Shown here one piece after another: positions 1-12,640 of a stretch of DNA of 64,000 bases (its first letter is position 1; every line of letters begins with the position of its first letter). The position numbers and the translations under genes are program-made. Below the pieces are notes generated by a model. It did no database searches and had not been told where the DNA came from. It worked only from the letters and a program-made list of their open reading frames with translations. The stretch spans positions 37,758,001 through 37,822,000 of the forward strand of contig OX597819.1 in assembly GCA_951406725.2 (NCBI GenBank). Reading direction: 5' to 3'. The DNA is from Octopus vulgaris. Taxonomy: Eukaryota.

Positions 1-99
1 CTTTCGAAAAACAGACAAAACCTTTTGTAACCTTTCGTCCTGTTTTGTCCCTTTATGTTTTCCAATCATATTTGTCAGCCCTTGTGGCCAATAAAAATA

Positions 100-136
<37 letters not shown>

Positions 137-640
137 GAGTGAGAGAGCAACTACATGCTGAGGAAAAAATGTATGAAGCCTGATATACCAATCATACTCG
201 TCTGATAAAGGTACACCAGGTACATGCATCACAAACATATGTGCACAATATGGTAACATCATATCAAGACAAACAGTGCATGACGTTGCAGGTGTGGCTC
301 CATTAGAATTTTTTTCAGATCAAGTAGCCCATCCCACTCAAAATGTCCCTGAATAAGTGTTGTTTAAGGATGATGAGCAAGACATCCATGTTTCCAAGGG
401 TGGATTATTCAAATACCAAAGAATCCCTCTCAACACATGGTTATGATGCTCCCACACCACACCTGCTTATGATCGGAGATGCACATATCATCAGCCATTA
501 AATGGCATGCTCAACAGGTTAAGGTCAAACAACTGACAAGCAAATCTGTGGTATTTAACAGAATATTTGCTGTAGCCCATCTTTTACACCAAGTCAAAAC
601 ATGTTTACACTTCCAATCAATTAAAATCAGAAGCCATAAG
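137..640 (-). mobile_element. Probable 3' UTR of a non-LTR retrotransposon ending in a (TAA)n tail
   Basis: Non-coding block flanked by TAA tracts (101-136, 641-668). Its orientation and family are inferred from the two adjacent RLE-element ends. Confidence 0.5.
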
Positions 641-667
641 ATTATTATAATTATTTATTAATATTAT

Positions 668-826
668 TGATTGTCTTTGCACAGCTTCTAATGCTGGAGA
701 TGTACTTCGGTGTCAGCTGTTCACTACCAGTGAACTAAGGTAACACCCCTTATTTTTCATGCACCATCAGGAGTGCTGTTTTCTGAAAATGCTCCACCCT
801 TATTGCAGCCCCTATTTGTTTCATGG
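668..826 (-). mobile_element. R4/Dong-like retrotransposon extreme 3' end
   Basis: Minus strand reads MKQIGAAIRVEHFQKTALLMVHEK*, a deleted form of the QKxxLLGTAxIL C-terminal motif, followed by a short UTR and TAA tail. Confidence 0.6.
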
Positions 827-854
827 ATTATTATCATTATTATTATTATTATTA

Positions 855-889
<35 letters not shown>

Positions 890-907
890 TATATTATTAT
901 TATTATT

Positions 908-1358
908 TTATGTTTGACTTTTGCTTTACATTTATACAAGTTGGCTCCAAGTCTCACCCAGAGACCTCAAGAGACAAGTAGGAAGTTCATGTTGGTATTA
1001 TGCCTAGGGTGCCATATATTTGGTTTTGTATATAGTGTTGTTATAGAGAATGTTTAAGAAACCATAAGAAAATTATGTTTGTTTTAAAACTTGAGATTAC
1101 ATAGAAAGTATTTTGTGTAAGATATGAGCAGTTCCCATGAGCACTATCTTTTGAATTTCTGCTTTTTTGGGGTTTCCTGGTATCTGAGCTAGGTAGCAAT
1201 CAGCCCCTTTTGTTATTATTCCCAGGGCACCTATGACAATAGGTATTGTTTTAGTCTTCAGGTTCCACATTGTGCTAATTTCTATTTCAAGATCTTTATA
1301 TTTGCTCAGTTTTTGGTAGGTCTTGACAGATACGTTTATATTGATTGGGACAGTCGTC
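908..1358 (-). mobile_element. 5'-truncated R4/Dong-clade retrotransposon (restriction-like endonuclease C-terminus)
   Basis: ORF 1097-1465 contains KLSKYKDL, IPIVIGALG and IQKIVLMGTAHIL, which are RLE C-terminal motifs. TAA tracts lie on both sides. Confidence 0.8.
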
Positions 1359-1382
1359 ATTATTATTATTATTATTATTATT

Positions 1383-2040
1383 AAGGGCAGTGAGTTGGCA
1401 GAATTGTTACTGCACCAAGCAAAATGCTTAGCAGCATTTTGTCTGTCTTTACATCCTATGTTCAAATGCTACCAAAGTTGAATTTGCCTTTCATCCTTTC
1501 AGAGTTGATAAAATAAGTACCAGTTGAACACTGGGGTCAATGTAATTGACGTGCCCCCTCCCCCCAAATTGTTAGCCTTGTGCTTTAGTAGAAAAAATTA
1601 TTATTATTATTATGATTATTATTATTATTATCATTATTATTATTTTGACAAAATTGTTAGAGTGTAAAACAAATTGTTTTGTGGTATTTCCTCGAGCCTT
1701 TTATGTTCAGAGTTCAAATCTCATCTAAGTCAACTTTGTCTTTTATCCCTCCAGGGTCAATAAAATAAAGTACCAGTAAACTAATGGTATTAATGTAATT
1801 TACTAGATCCTGCTTCAACACTGTTGGCCTTTGGCAGAATCATTAGAGAACTGGGGAAAAATGATTTGAGGTATTTGTTCTGATTCAGTACATTTTGAGT
1901 TCAAATCCAGGCTAAGTCAACATTGTCTTTCATTCTTTTGGTGGCGGGGATTGATAAAATATATCACTTGTCAAATAATGGGGTTGATATAGTCGACTTG
2001 CCCTCCCTGCTACTGCAAACTTGTTGATTTTGTACCATTA
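1383..2040 (+). mobile_element. Three tandem decayed tRNA-derived SINEs (family A)
   Basis: Repeated B-box gttcaaat and core ...tttgcctttcatcct...gataaaataagtaccag, with TTA tails on the first and third copies. Confidence 0.7.
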
Positions 2041-2541
2041 TTATTATTATTATTTAAGCATTTTTCAACATGAATAATAAAGTGGAGATAAAATATTACC
2101 CACATTGAGATAAGGAAGAATTGTGATAAGGATAGCAGCAGCAGCAGTAGCAGCAACCTACTCCATACTCCTATCCCCATAACCACTCCCATTCTCAAAA
2201 GATTATAATTCAATGAAACAGCCTCTATGTTGTCACTTGGCTTGCTAGAAATAGTAGCTAAATCTCCCCTAAATCACATCTTGTCCTTTAAAAAAACAGA
2301 AGTACATATTGAATTTGTGGGCTTCTGTACCTTACAATATGTAAAAACTAAAAATAAAACAAAAGCAGGCACAGCAGGGTGGTTAAGAAACTTTCTTCCC
2401 AACCATGTGGACTTGGGTTCAGTCCCACTTCATGGCACCTTGGGCAAATGTCTTTTACTATGGCTCAGGTCATTTGTGAGTGGATTTTGTAGATGGAAAC
2501 TGAAAAGAAGCTCATTATACATACATACATACATACATACT

Positions 2542-2842
2542 GGAGGCACATGGCCTAGTGGTTAGAGCAGCAGACTCGCGGTCAAGGGATCGCGGGTTCG
2601 AATCTCAGACCAGGTGATGTGTGTGTTTATGAGCGAAAACACCTAAGCTCCACGCGGCTCCGGCAGAAGGTAATGGCGAACTTCTGCTGACTCTTTTGCC
2701 ACAACTTTCTCTCACTCTTTCCTCCTGCATCTTGCAGCTCACCTGCGACAGACCGGCATCCCGTCCAGGTGGAGAACCTATATGCCAAGAAACCGGGAAA
2801 CCGGCCCTTATGAGCCAGGCATGGCTCGAGAAGGAACAAACA

Positions 2843-2848
<6 letters not shown>
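2542..2848 (+). mobile_element. tRNA-derived SINE (family C1; octopus OR/OK-like)
   Basis: A-box tggcctagtgg, B-box ggttcgaatct and (CAAA) tail. The 5' part is shared with 35674-35965. Confidence 0.8.
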
Positions 2849-2882
<34 letters not shown>

Positions 2883-3201
2883 AATAAGAGGATTTATATA
2901 TATATATAGAATAAGAGGATTTTTAATGGAGACAATACTCTGTGTATAGTACAACTGTTTTTTGTGCTCGTCTATGAGCTAAGGAGTAATACAAAATTTT
3001 ATGTAGAAGATCAAAAAAAACTTCAGCTGTCAGTACTTTACATCCAAAAACGAAATTGTGCTTACAGTAATTTGCAAGACTTGAATGGGATACATTTTGA
3101 TCCTGTATCAATTTCGCCAGTTATATCTTTAATTATTCAATGTCCACCCACCAATATGAATTCACCATGTAGAATTTTAATTGAATCTTACCACAAACAG
3201 T

Positions 3202-3290
3202 AAACCCTGAAGAAGGAAATATTATTCAATGGTGTTGAATATGGACTGTTCCTACAGCCTGATAATATTTTCTGAAATGGCTATAGGTTT
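3202..3290 (+). ncRNA. Minimal type I hammerhead ribozyme motif (Penelope-type)
   Basis: aaacc-CTGAAGA-aggaaatattat...ataatattttct-GAAA-tggcta-TA-ggttt; stems I, II and III all pair. Confidence 0.65.
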
Positions 3291-3662
3291 TTAACTGATT
3301 TTTACTTCTCATGGGTTTTAACCGACTTTTGCCTTCATGATATCTTGTGTTACTGAACTCTATTTATTCGAATACATGTATCTACACACGCATACACAGT
3401 TTTTATGTTTTTATATCTTATATCATTTACACTTTAAACCTTATTAATTTTATATTTTTCATCATCTCTTATTATTTTTTATTATTTTTTATTATGTGAC
3501 TTATTTAATATAAACATGTATCCCATCCAAGTCTTATAAATCACTGTAAGCAAAATTTCGTTTTCGGATTTAAAGTATTGACAACTGAAATTTTTATCGC
3601 CTACAAAAAAAGTTATATATGTCTGTGTGTGTGTGTGTGTGTGTGTGTATCTTCCTATTTCT

Positions 3663-3850
3663 CATCATCATCATCACACATTTAACGTCAGTTTTCCATG
3701 CTGCCATGGGTTGGATGGTTTGACTGAAAACTGGTAAGCTGGGGAGCTGCACCATGTTCCAATCTGATTTGGCATGGTTTCTATAGCTGGATACCCTTCC
3801 TAATGCCAACCACTCCAAGAGTGTAATGGGTGTTTTTTATGTGCCACAAC
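3663..3850 (-). mobile_element. RTE LINE 3' tail fragment
   Basis: Reverse complement of the 5995-6172 tail, with a (GAT)n-like end. Confidence 0.75.
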
Positions 3851-3932
3851 CAGCATGGGTTCCAGTTACGAAACACTGGCTGCAGTCACAACTATAAATA
3901 AATGAATATATATATATATAGAGAGAGAGAGA

Positions 3933-6172
3933 GGGGGACCTGCTATCGGAGTTGACAGTACATTGGTAGATAAAGCAATTAAGAGTATGAAGACAGGGAA
4001 AGCCTCCGGATCATCAAGAATCACTACAGAGATGCTCAAAATATCTGGCAGTGTCGGCTATAGCCTAGTCACCCATATAGTTAACCAGGTGATACACGAA
4101 GGAGTCATACCCAATGACTGGTGTAGCAGCACTATAGTCAACTGCTACATAGGAAAAGGTGATGCTTTAGATACAAATAATTACAGAGGTATCAAGTTGT
4201 TAGATCAGGTAATGAAGGTCATGGAGAGGGTCATAGCCCAACTAATTAGGGAGAGAGTCAGTTTAGATGAGATGCAGTTTGGGTTTGTGCCAGGGAAAAG
4301 CACCACTGATGCTATATTTCTGGTAAGACAGCTGCAGGAGAAATACTTGGCTAAAGATAAACCTCTGTACCTGGCTTTTGTTGACATGGAGAAAGCCTTT
4401 GAGAGGGTCCTCCGATCCCTTATCTGGTGGTCAATGAGGAAACTAGGGATAGATGAATGGTTAGTGAGAGCTGTGCAAGCCATGTACAGGGATGCTATCA
4501 GTAAGGTGAAGGTTGGCAACGAGTACAGTGAAGAATTCCGGGTGGAGGGGTCCACCAAGGTTCAGTCCTTAGCCCCCTTCTATTTATCATAGTCCTCCAG
4601 ACAATAACAGAGGAATTTAAGACAGGATGCTCCTGGGAGCTCCTCTATGCTGACGACCTTGCTCTAATTGCTGAGTCACTATCAGAACTGGAGGAGAAGT
4701 TTCAGGTGTTGAAACAAGGATTAGAATCGAAGGGCCTGAGAGTCAACCTAGCTAAAACCAAAGTCCTAATAAGTAGGAGGGCAGGCAAACCACAAATCCC
4801 TTCAGGTAGATGGCCTTGCTCGATCTGTAGAAAAGGCATCGGTAGAAACTCTATAAGATGTAGCCAGTGTAAGCTATGGACACATAAGAGGTGCAGCAAT
4901 ATCAAAGGAAGGCTAACTGGGAAGATAGTTTTTGTATGTGGCAGATGCTCAGGAGCAATAAACACTGAAAATGTGCAGAAAACAACTTCCGTCACATTCC
5001 AGGGAGAAAAACTAGAAGTAGTTGATAGCTTCCGTTACCTAGGTGATCAAGTCAGTAGCGGGGGAGGTTGCACTGAAAGTGTAGCTGCTAGAATAAGAAT
5101 ATCCTGGGCAAAGTTCAGAGAGCTCTTACCTTTGCTGGTGACAAAAGGTCTCTCACTCAGAGTAAAGGGTAGACTGTATGACACATGTGTACGAACAGCC
5201 ATGCTACATGGCAGTGAAACATGGGCTGTGACTGCTGAGGATATGCGTAGACTTGTGAGGAATGAAGCTAGTATGATCCGATGGATGTGTAATGTCAGTG
5301 TGCATATTCAACAGAGTGTAAGTACCTTGAAAGAAAAGTTGGACCTAAGAAGCATCAGATGTAGTGTGCAAGAGAGACGACTGCACTGGTATGGTCATGT
5401 GGCGAGAATGGATGAGGATAGCTGTGTAAAAAAGTGCCACACCCTAGTGGTTGAGGGAACTTGTGGAAGCGGTAGACCCAGGAAAACCTGGGATGAAGTG
5501 GTGAAGCACAACCTTCGAACATTAGGCCTCACTGAGGCAATGACCAGTGACCGAGACTTTTGGAAATATGCTGTGCTTGAGAAGACCCAGCAAGCCAAGT
5601 GAGACCATAACCTTGTGGCCTAAGCCAGGGGTGTAACCAGCCCACTTATGCGTACCTTCCCTTCATTGGACACTGCTTGCGAAGTGAAATCGAAATCAAA
5701 TTCAATGACTGGTATCTGTGCTAGTGTAGCACTAAGAACACCATCCGAGCGTGATCATTGCCAGAGCGGCTAACTGGCATTTAGTGGAGCACTAAGAGTA
5801 CCATCTGAGCATGATCGTTGCCAGAGGAGCTAACTGGCGTTCGTGCTGGTGACATGTAAAAAGCACCATTTGTGCGTGATCATTACCAGCGTCGCCTTAC
5901 TGGTACTTTTGCCGGTGTGCAGGTGACATGGAAAAAAAAAAGATTTTCTCGTAGCCGTTGCCAGTACCACCTGACTGGCCCTCGTACCGGTGGCATGTAA
6001 AAGCACCCACTGCACTCTCGGAGTGGTTGACGTTAGGAAGGGCATCCAGCTGTAGAAATTCTGTCAGATCAAAATTGGAGCCTGGTGCAGCCATCTGGTT
6101 TGCCAGACCTCAGTCAAATCGTCCAACCTATGCTAGCATGGAAAGCGGACGTTAAACGATGATGATGATGAT
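3933..6172 (+). mobile_element. 5'-truncated RTE-clade LINE; frameshifted reverse transcriptase, long 3' UTR, (GAT)n tail
   Basis: Motifs NYRGIKLL, QFGFVPGKSTTDAIF and FVDMEKAF, then a frameshift near 4548, then GVHQGSVLSP, YADD (4646-4657), FRYLG and WYGHVAR...GRPRKTW. Stop at 5602; ends gttaaacgatgatgatg. Confidence 0.95.
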
Positions 6173-6518
6173 ATATATATATGGAGAGAGAGAGAGAGAG
6201 AGATTAGAGGTTGTATTAACCTCATGAATGAATGATTCCATCCAAGGAAATACTGGTACAATATTTACTGAGTGTTAATTGAAACACCTATAAGGGATGA
6301 TGATTAATTTGCTGTTAATAATAAACAATTATTAACTTCCCAATCTCAATTTTCTTTTGCTTCTGTTATATATATATATATATATATATATTTTAAAAGG
6401 TTGAATGTGAGTTTGTCCTTTAATTGGAGTAACTTCCAAAGATTTCTAACGTTGTTTCTTTATACTTTACTTTTGAATTTACTGGTGTAAATTTGTGCAG
6501 GTATGAAAACTTATACAG

Positions 6519-6794
6519 ACTTATTAATGAATTTGTTAAAATGTGTTTAGTAAATCATATACTTTATATATATACACACACATACACACACACACATGTG
6601 TGTATTACTATGTCAGTTTATTGAGGCAGATTTTCTATGGCTGGATGACCTTTCTGTCACCATCCCTTACTTGTTTCCAAGCAAAATAACATTTTACTTA
6701 TTAATGAATTTGTTAAAATGTGTTTAGTAAATCATATACTTTATATATATACACACACATACACACACACACATGTATGTATTACTATGTCAGT
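6519..6794. repeat. ~99-bp direct duplication with an ~80-bp templated insert
   Basis: 6519-6617 recurs at 6696-6794. The spacer matches 8513-8592. Confidence 0.85.
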
Positions 6795-9264
6795 GCGCTA
6801 GTAGGAATGTTAGTACACCAAGCAAATTGCTTTACATCATTTCATCCATCTTTATGTTCTGAGTTCAAATTCTGCCGAGGTCGACTTTTTCACTTGTCCT
6901 TTTGGGGTCGATAAAATAAGTACCAATTTCACACTGGGGTTGATGTAATCAACTAGACCCCTCCCTGCAAATTTCATGTCTTGTATCTATAGTAGAAAGG
7001 ATCATTATTATTATTGTATTTGTTGTTATTTTAGTGGTAATAGTAATAGTAGTAGCAGCAGCAGCAGCAGTGGCAGCAACAAGAAGGGGCTAAGTGTATG
7101 AGAATAAACACCAACAACAAGACTTCTTATAAAACAAATCAGTATTTCTGTGTCTTTCAACATCTAAAACAATAAAAAAAAGTATGTGCAAAAATTACGG
7201 CAAAAATTACTGAGGCTTTACTGGGAAGTTTTGCCACATATATTTCAAATTGTACTGAAGAATTGGTTGAAGATAATACAAAATGATACATGAAGCAGAA
7301 TCTTTATTAAACAGTGTATTAAATAATTTGGTTTCAGGTGGCAGACAGATTAAGTCTTCACATCAAATAGACCAAGACAGTATTTGAAATCATAATACAA
7401 AGAGTCGAAATAACAACCCCAATGCTTCTGGTTCAATTTTATTACAGTTCTATCAACTCACCATCCCATATTGGTATGATTCATCGATCCCACTAGGCTG
7501 AAAAGCAAAACTAGTTTCAGTGGCACCTGAATTCAGAGTATACAGAATTGGAACAAATACTGCAATGCAAGCACTCCATCCAATGCTCTAATGATTCTAC
7601 CGGTCCACCATCTTAATATTGGAACTCAAGAAATAACAGAGACAGCTGATATGAATCCATCGAATTTAATTTATTAGCAGATCAGTTAATATGTATAACA
7701 AATGCTTTGCTTTTTGTTGAAGTCGTTGCTCTAAATACAAACAAAAAAGATTGTTGCCTACTTGACTAAACTTCAATTAGATAAGACATATAAATACATA
7801 CATGATAAATCAGTGAAACAAAAATGACTCGTAAAATATTAATGATACTATTTGTAAAACATTTACAGGACAACCTGAAAAACATTGCTCAAATTTTCCA
7901 TTTAAACCTACATCTGTATTCATAGACACATACATAAACATGAATGCCAATGCTTGGTGTTGTACAAGGTCTTTGTCATTTTTATTATTAGCCTACTTTA
8001 TGTTGCTGCTAATAGGTATCACCTAAATAAATTTTAAAACAATATAATGCATGGATACAGTCAACCAGAGACATATATCTGCAGCTCTTAATATATGACC
8101 ATAGACATTTTCGGTCAATTATAAATAACAAAAAGAGGTTTACATAGCATGTAATGACTCACATATTTCAACATCTGCTAACAACAATGTTTAACCTTGC
8201 TGTTTTTATTCCATTTGTAATTCATAAGTATATCTTCTAACTTATTCTATAGCAACACAGATTTTTCTACAGCTTATCAGAATGTTACTACCATGCAAAA
8301 TCAATCTCTTTTTCCATGACAGAAACATCAAACAACATTTCAAAGGGTGAAACTGTGAATGAATCTTTTTATTATACAAAGGGAAGACAAATTTTGCAAG
8401 CTATAAAAGTACATATCTATTCATATAAGTGTGTATGTGCAAATACACACACACACATCATTATCATCATCAGTTTAACATCTACTTTTCCATGCTTGCA
8501 AGGATCAAACAAAGTTTATTGAGGCAGATTTTCTATGGCTGGATGACCTTTCTGTCACCATCCCTTACTTGCTTTCAAGCAAAATAATATTTCCCCATGA
8601 CCAGACATGTTTTTGCAAACTATTGAAAATGAATGACATTCATTTACAACAACCGCAATGTATCAAAACTAACACACACATAATCACAACAGGCTTCTTT
8701 TGGTTTCCATTTACTAAATCTGCACAAGACGTAGGTTAGCCTAGAGCTGCTCAAGGTGCCATGCAGCAGGACTGAATATGACACCATGTGGTTGGAAAGC
8801 AAATTTCTTAGTTCCACAGCTGTGCCTGCACTGATGCACATACATACATATCAACATGTATATATAGGTACAGGCATGGGTGTGTGGTAAAGAGTTTCCT
8901 TCTCAACCACATGATGTCATGTTCAGTCCCACTGCCTGGCACCTTCGGCAAGTGTATCTCTACCATAACCTTGAACCAATTAAAGACTTGTGAGTGAATT
9001 TAATAGAGAGAGATTGAAAGAAGTTATCATATATATATATATATAATAGGCAGAGTTAACAAATACTGAAAAGGTTGCAAGATGCAATGAAAATTTTAGA
9101 AAAAAAGTAAATGAGTGGAAACTTTAGAGATGAGTGTGTTAAATTATAAGGCACTAAAAGAGAATGACTCCCCAGACACAACAGAATATGTTTCAACAAA
9201 CGAATGCACATAAAGAATCTTGCAAACAAAATCCCAAAACGATATATATATATATCTTCTCTCA

Positions 9265-10203
9265 GAGGATATAGGACTCTGGAGATGTCATGTGTCTACA
9301 ACATGAGTTGGACGCAATACACAGGTGGGATGAGAAAAATAACATGCAGTTTAAAGCTGGAAAATTCCAAACCCTGCACTACCAACACAGGAAGCTCAAT
9401 GAAAAGCAGATAGGATACACTGATCCAGGAGGAATTCCAATTCCCAAACCAAAATCAGTGTGTGACCTAGGCATCCCCATGAGTAATGATGCATCTTTGC
9501 TGGTGCACATTACCAAGTTGACAATAAAATGCAGAAGCTTGACTGGATTGATCCTTCAAACTTTCAAAACAAGAGAAAAGGAAACCACGATGGTCTTCTG
9601 GAGGACTTTCATTCTCAGCCGTCTGGATTACTGCTTCCAACTGTGGTCACCAAACAGTTTAAAATTAACAAGGGAACTTGAGACGACCCAGCAAAGTTAC
9701 ATGAAAAAGATTTACACAATGCAACATATCAGCTACTGGGAGAGATTGAAAGAGTTAAGACTTTAAGACTGGGGCAAAGGTGGGGAAGATATGCAGTCAT
9801 CTGGAAAATCCTAGAAAAACTTGTGTCAAACTTTGGCATTGTAAGTTATACGAACAGCAGAATGGGGTGCCACTGCATAGTACCAAAAAACCCCAACATT
9901 GCCATCAGGATACAGAACCAGATACTGCAACAGCTTGGGTTTCAAAGCCTGCAACTCTCCAATATCCTCCCACAAAGCCTGAGAGACCTGCATAGCATGG
10001 ATGTAGGCTTTTTCAAAACAAAACTAGATCTCCTGTCAAGAGTTCTGGATGAACCTACCTCAAGGCAAGAAACAAAGATGAAGGCAGCAATGTCAAATTC
10101 CATCATCCCCCAAATGTCACACATCAGAGTAGGTTTAGTGAAAGTGCAGCAAAGTAAATGGCAGTGCCCCAGCATGGCTGCAGTCCTTGGACAGAAACTT
10201 AAG
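9265..10203 (+). mobile_element. Decayed CR1/L2-group LINE, RT C-terminal region and 3' tail
   Basis: Motifs NMQFKAGKFQTLHY, SRLDYCFQLWSP, ISYWERLKELRL and NILPQSLRDL...DEPT across frameshifts. Confidence 0.85.
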
Positions 10204-10383
10204 AAAAATATATACATATATATGTGCCCTCAGTACATTGCAGATTTTTCTGGCTAATATATGTAAATCTGTATCACAGACTCCTCAATATATTGTGGGT
10301 TTATAGGTATTTATATTTTTTAGACACTAATTATTACTGTGGGAGGTTTTGGAACATAACACCTGTGATAGTCAAGGGATTAC

Positions 10384-10414
<31 letters not shown>

Positions 10415-10548
10415 ATACACACACACACCCACATATATATATATTTAATTATATATACACATATACGCATACATATATATATATACATACACACATATGT
10501 ATATAATGTGTGTATGTATATGTATGTATATATATATATATATACATA

Positions 10549-10850
10549 CTCTTTTACTGGTTTCAACCAGAGGCTGGGGCCATGCTGGAGCATCACCTTT
10601 CAGTGTTTCTGTACTGTTTTTGATGAAGAAGCTTTTCGGAGCTGCTTTTCTTTGTGCCTACTGCTGTGATGTAGGTTCATCTGGGATTTCGGATAGAAAT
10701 TTGTCCAGCTACTTTTTTAACGTTTCCACATGTACACCTTGTAGATTTCTTAGGTTCCTTGGCAGGATGTTAAACAGTTGTGGTCCTCTGAAACCCAAGC
10801 TGTTGCAACACTGGATCCTTATCTGAGATGGAGATGACAGTATCTTTGTT
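10549..10850 (-). mobile_element. Second CR1-like LINE 3' end, related to 9265-10203
   Basis: Minus strand reads CNSLGFRGPQLFNILPRNLRNL...IPDEPT, then the tail gctccagcatggccccag...gaaaccagtaaaagag. Confidence 0.8.
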
Positions 10851-10949
10851 ATTATGCAGTGCTGTCCAGTTCAGTGGTTGGTATAGCTACTCATTTTTTC
10901 ATTTGAGTAGACGGGACCAGTGTGAATTAATACTACTTGTTCAAGGGAA

Positions 10950-11180
10950 GGCGGCGAACTGGCAGGAGCGTTAGCACGCTGGGCGAAATGCTTTGCAGTA
11001 TTTCGTCTGCCATTACGTTGTGAGTTCAAATTCCGCCGAGGTCAACTTTGCCTTTCATCCTTTCATGGTCGATAAATTAAGCACCAGTTACGCACTGGGG
11101 TCGATGTAATTGACTTAATACCTATGTCTGTCCTTGTTTGTCCCCTCTATGTTTAGCCCCTTGTGGGCAATAAAGAAATA
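10950..11180 (+). mobile_element. Full-length SINE, family A
   Basis: Head ggcggcgaactggcag, B-box gagttcaaattcc, conserved core and 3' aataaagaaata. Confidence 0.85.
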
Positions 11181-11516
11181 GGTATAGCTTTTAATTCCAA
11201 AGTAAAAAGTGTTTATAAGAAAAGTATTTTCTTATTTTTCATATGAATTGTGACCATGCTGGATCCCATTTTAAGTTGATCATATTGCTCCCAGTTTCTT
11301 TCTTTTTTCTTTTTTTTGGTCTGGTGCACATTTTATCAATCTATATTTATCAAATCTTTGACATCATTTTGACATGTCACGAATTTTGTAACTATGATTG
11401 AAAAGAAATAATGCTGCAGTTGCTTGACACTGTCATTGCTAAAGTCTTGATTTAAAGTGATTTAAACCTTCGATCAAATTTTCATAATAATTTACACTCC
11501 ATTATTTAATACCAGC

Positions 11517-11745
11517 TTAACCCTTTAGCATTTAAACCAGTCATATCAGGCCCAAATATTCTACTTGTTTTATGTTCAAACTGGCTAGATCTGGCCTCTC
11601 ATACCTACCCTACAATATTATTCTAAAAACAAACGATCAGATCATCAAAATCTCAATGCTTCGAGATAATGTATAATTAATTCAAAGCAATGTGAATAAA
11701 TAAGCAATACATTTGACAGAGTAATTTGAATGCCTAAAGGGTTAA
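11517..11745. mobile_element. piggyBac-type MITE (TTAA target site)
   Basis: ttaa-ccctttagcatttaaa...tttgaatgcctaaaggg-ttaa; homologous copies at 20501 and 58965. Confidence 0.75.
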
Positions 11746-12199
11746 GGCAGTAAGCTGGCAGAATCATTAGGGAGCTGGGCAAAATGCTTTCACCCGTCAT
11801 TATGTTCTGAGTTCAAATGCCACCAGGGTCAATTTTGCCTTTCATTCATTTGGGGTTAATGAAATAAGGGGTCAATGTAATCAACTAGCCCCCACCAACA
11901 AAATTTCAGGCATTGTGCCTATAATGGAAAGGATTATTTAAAATTATTTAAAATTGGGCAAGTGTCTTCTACTATAGTCTCGGGCCGACCAAAGCCTTGT
12001 GAGTGGATTTGGTAGACGGAAACTGAAAGAAGCCCGTCATGTGTATGTATATGTATGATGATCAGCTTTTGCTCTTCTCCCCACCTCTCTTTCTCTCCAT
12101 ATTATTATCATGATCATGAGCATCATCATAATCCTCATCATTATCATTTAATGACCCCTTTCCCATGCTTGCTTGGGTCAAACGGAATTTGTTGACATA

Positions 12200-12378
12200 G
12201 GTGCAGGAGTGGCTGTGTGATAAGTAGCTTGCTTACCAACCACATGGTTCCAGGTTCAGTCCCACTGCGTGGCACGTTGGGCAAGTGTCTTCTACTATAG
12301 CCTCAGGCCGACCAAAGCCTTGTGAGTGGATTTGGTAGACGGAAACTGAAAGAAGCCTGTCATGTGTATGAATATGTA

Positions 12379-12425
<47 letters not shown>

Positions 12426-12640
12426 CTTTGTGTGTCTGTGTTTGTCCATCCCCCAACATCGCTTGACAACCGATGCTGGTGAGTTTACATCCCCGCAACT
12501 TAGCGGTTCGGCAAAGAGACCGATAGAATAAGTACTAGGTTTACAAAGAATAAGTCCTGGGGTCGATTTGCTCGACTAAGGGCGGTGCTCCAGCATGGCT
12601 GCAGTCAAATGACTGAAGCAAGTAAAAGAGTAAAAGAGTA
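12200..12640 (+). mobile_element. Full-length SINE, family B (CORE-like, internal microsatellite)
   Basis: tRNA-like head, ttgggcaagtgtctt box, internal (TA)n(TG)n and (gtaaaaga) tail; many copies in the window. Confidence 0.9.

Noticed and set aside
2542-2615. tRNA-like sequences as functional tRNA genes (also 35674 and 55070-55138)
   Set aside because: They continue into SINE bodies and tails.
5715-5990. Spaced ~55-bp repeats superficially like a CRISPR array
   Set aside because: Degenerate tandem subrepeats in the RTE 3' UTR; no unique spacers, no cas genes, and a eukaryotic context.
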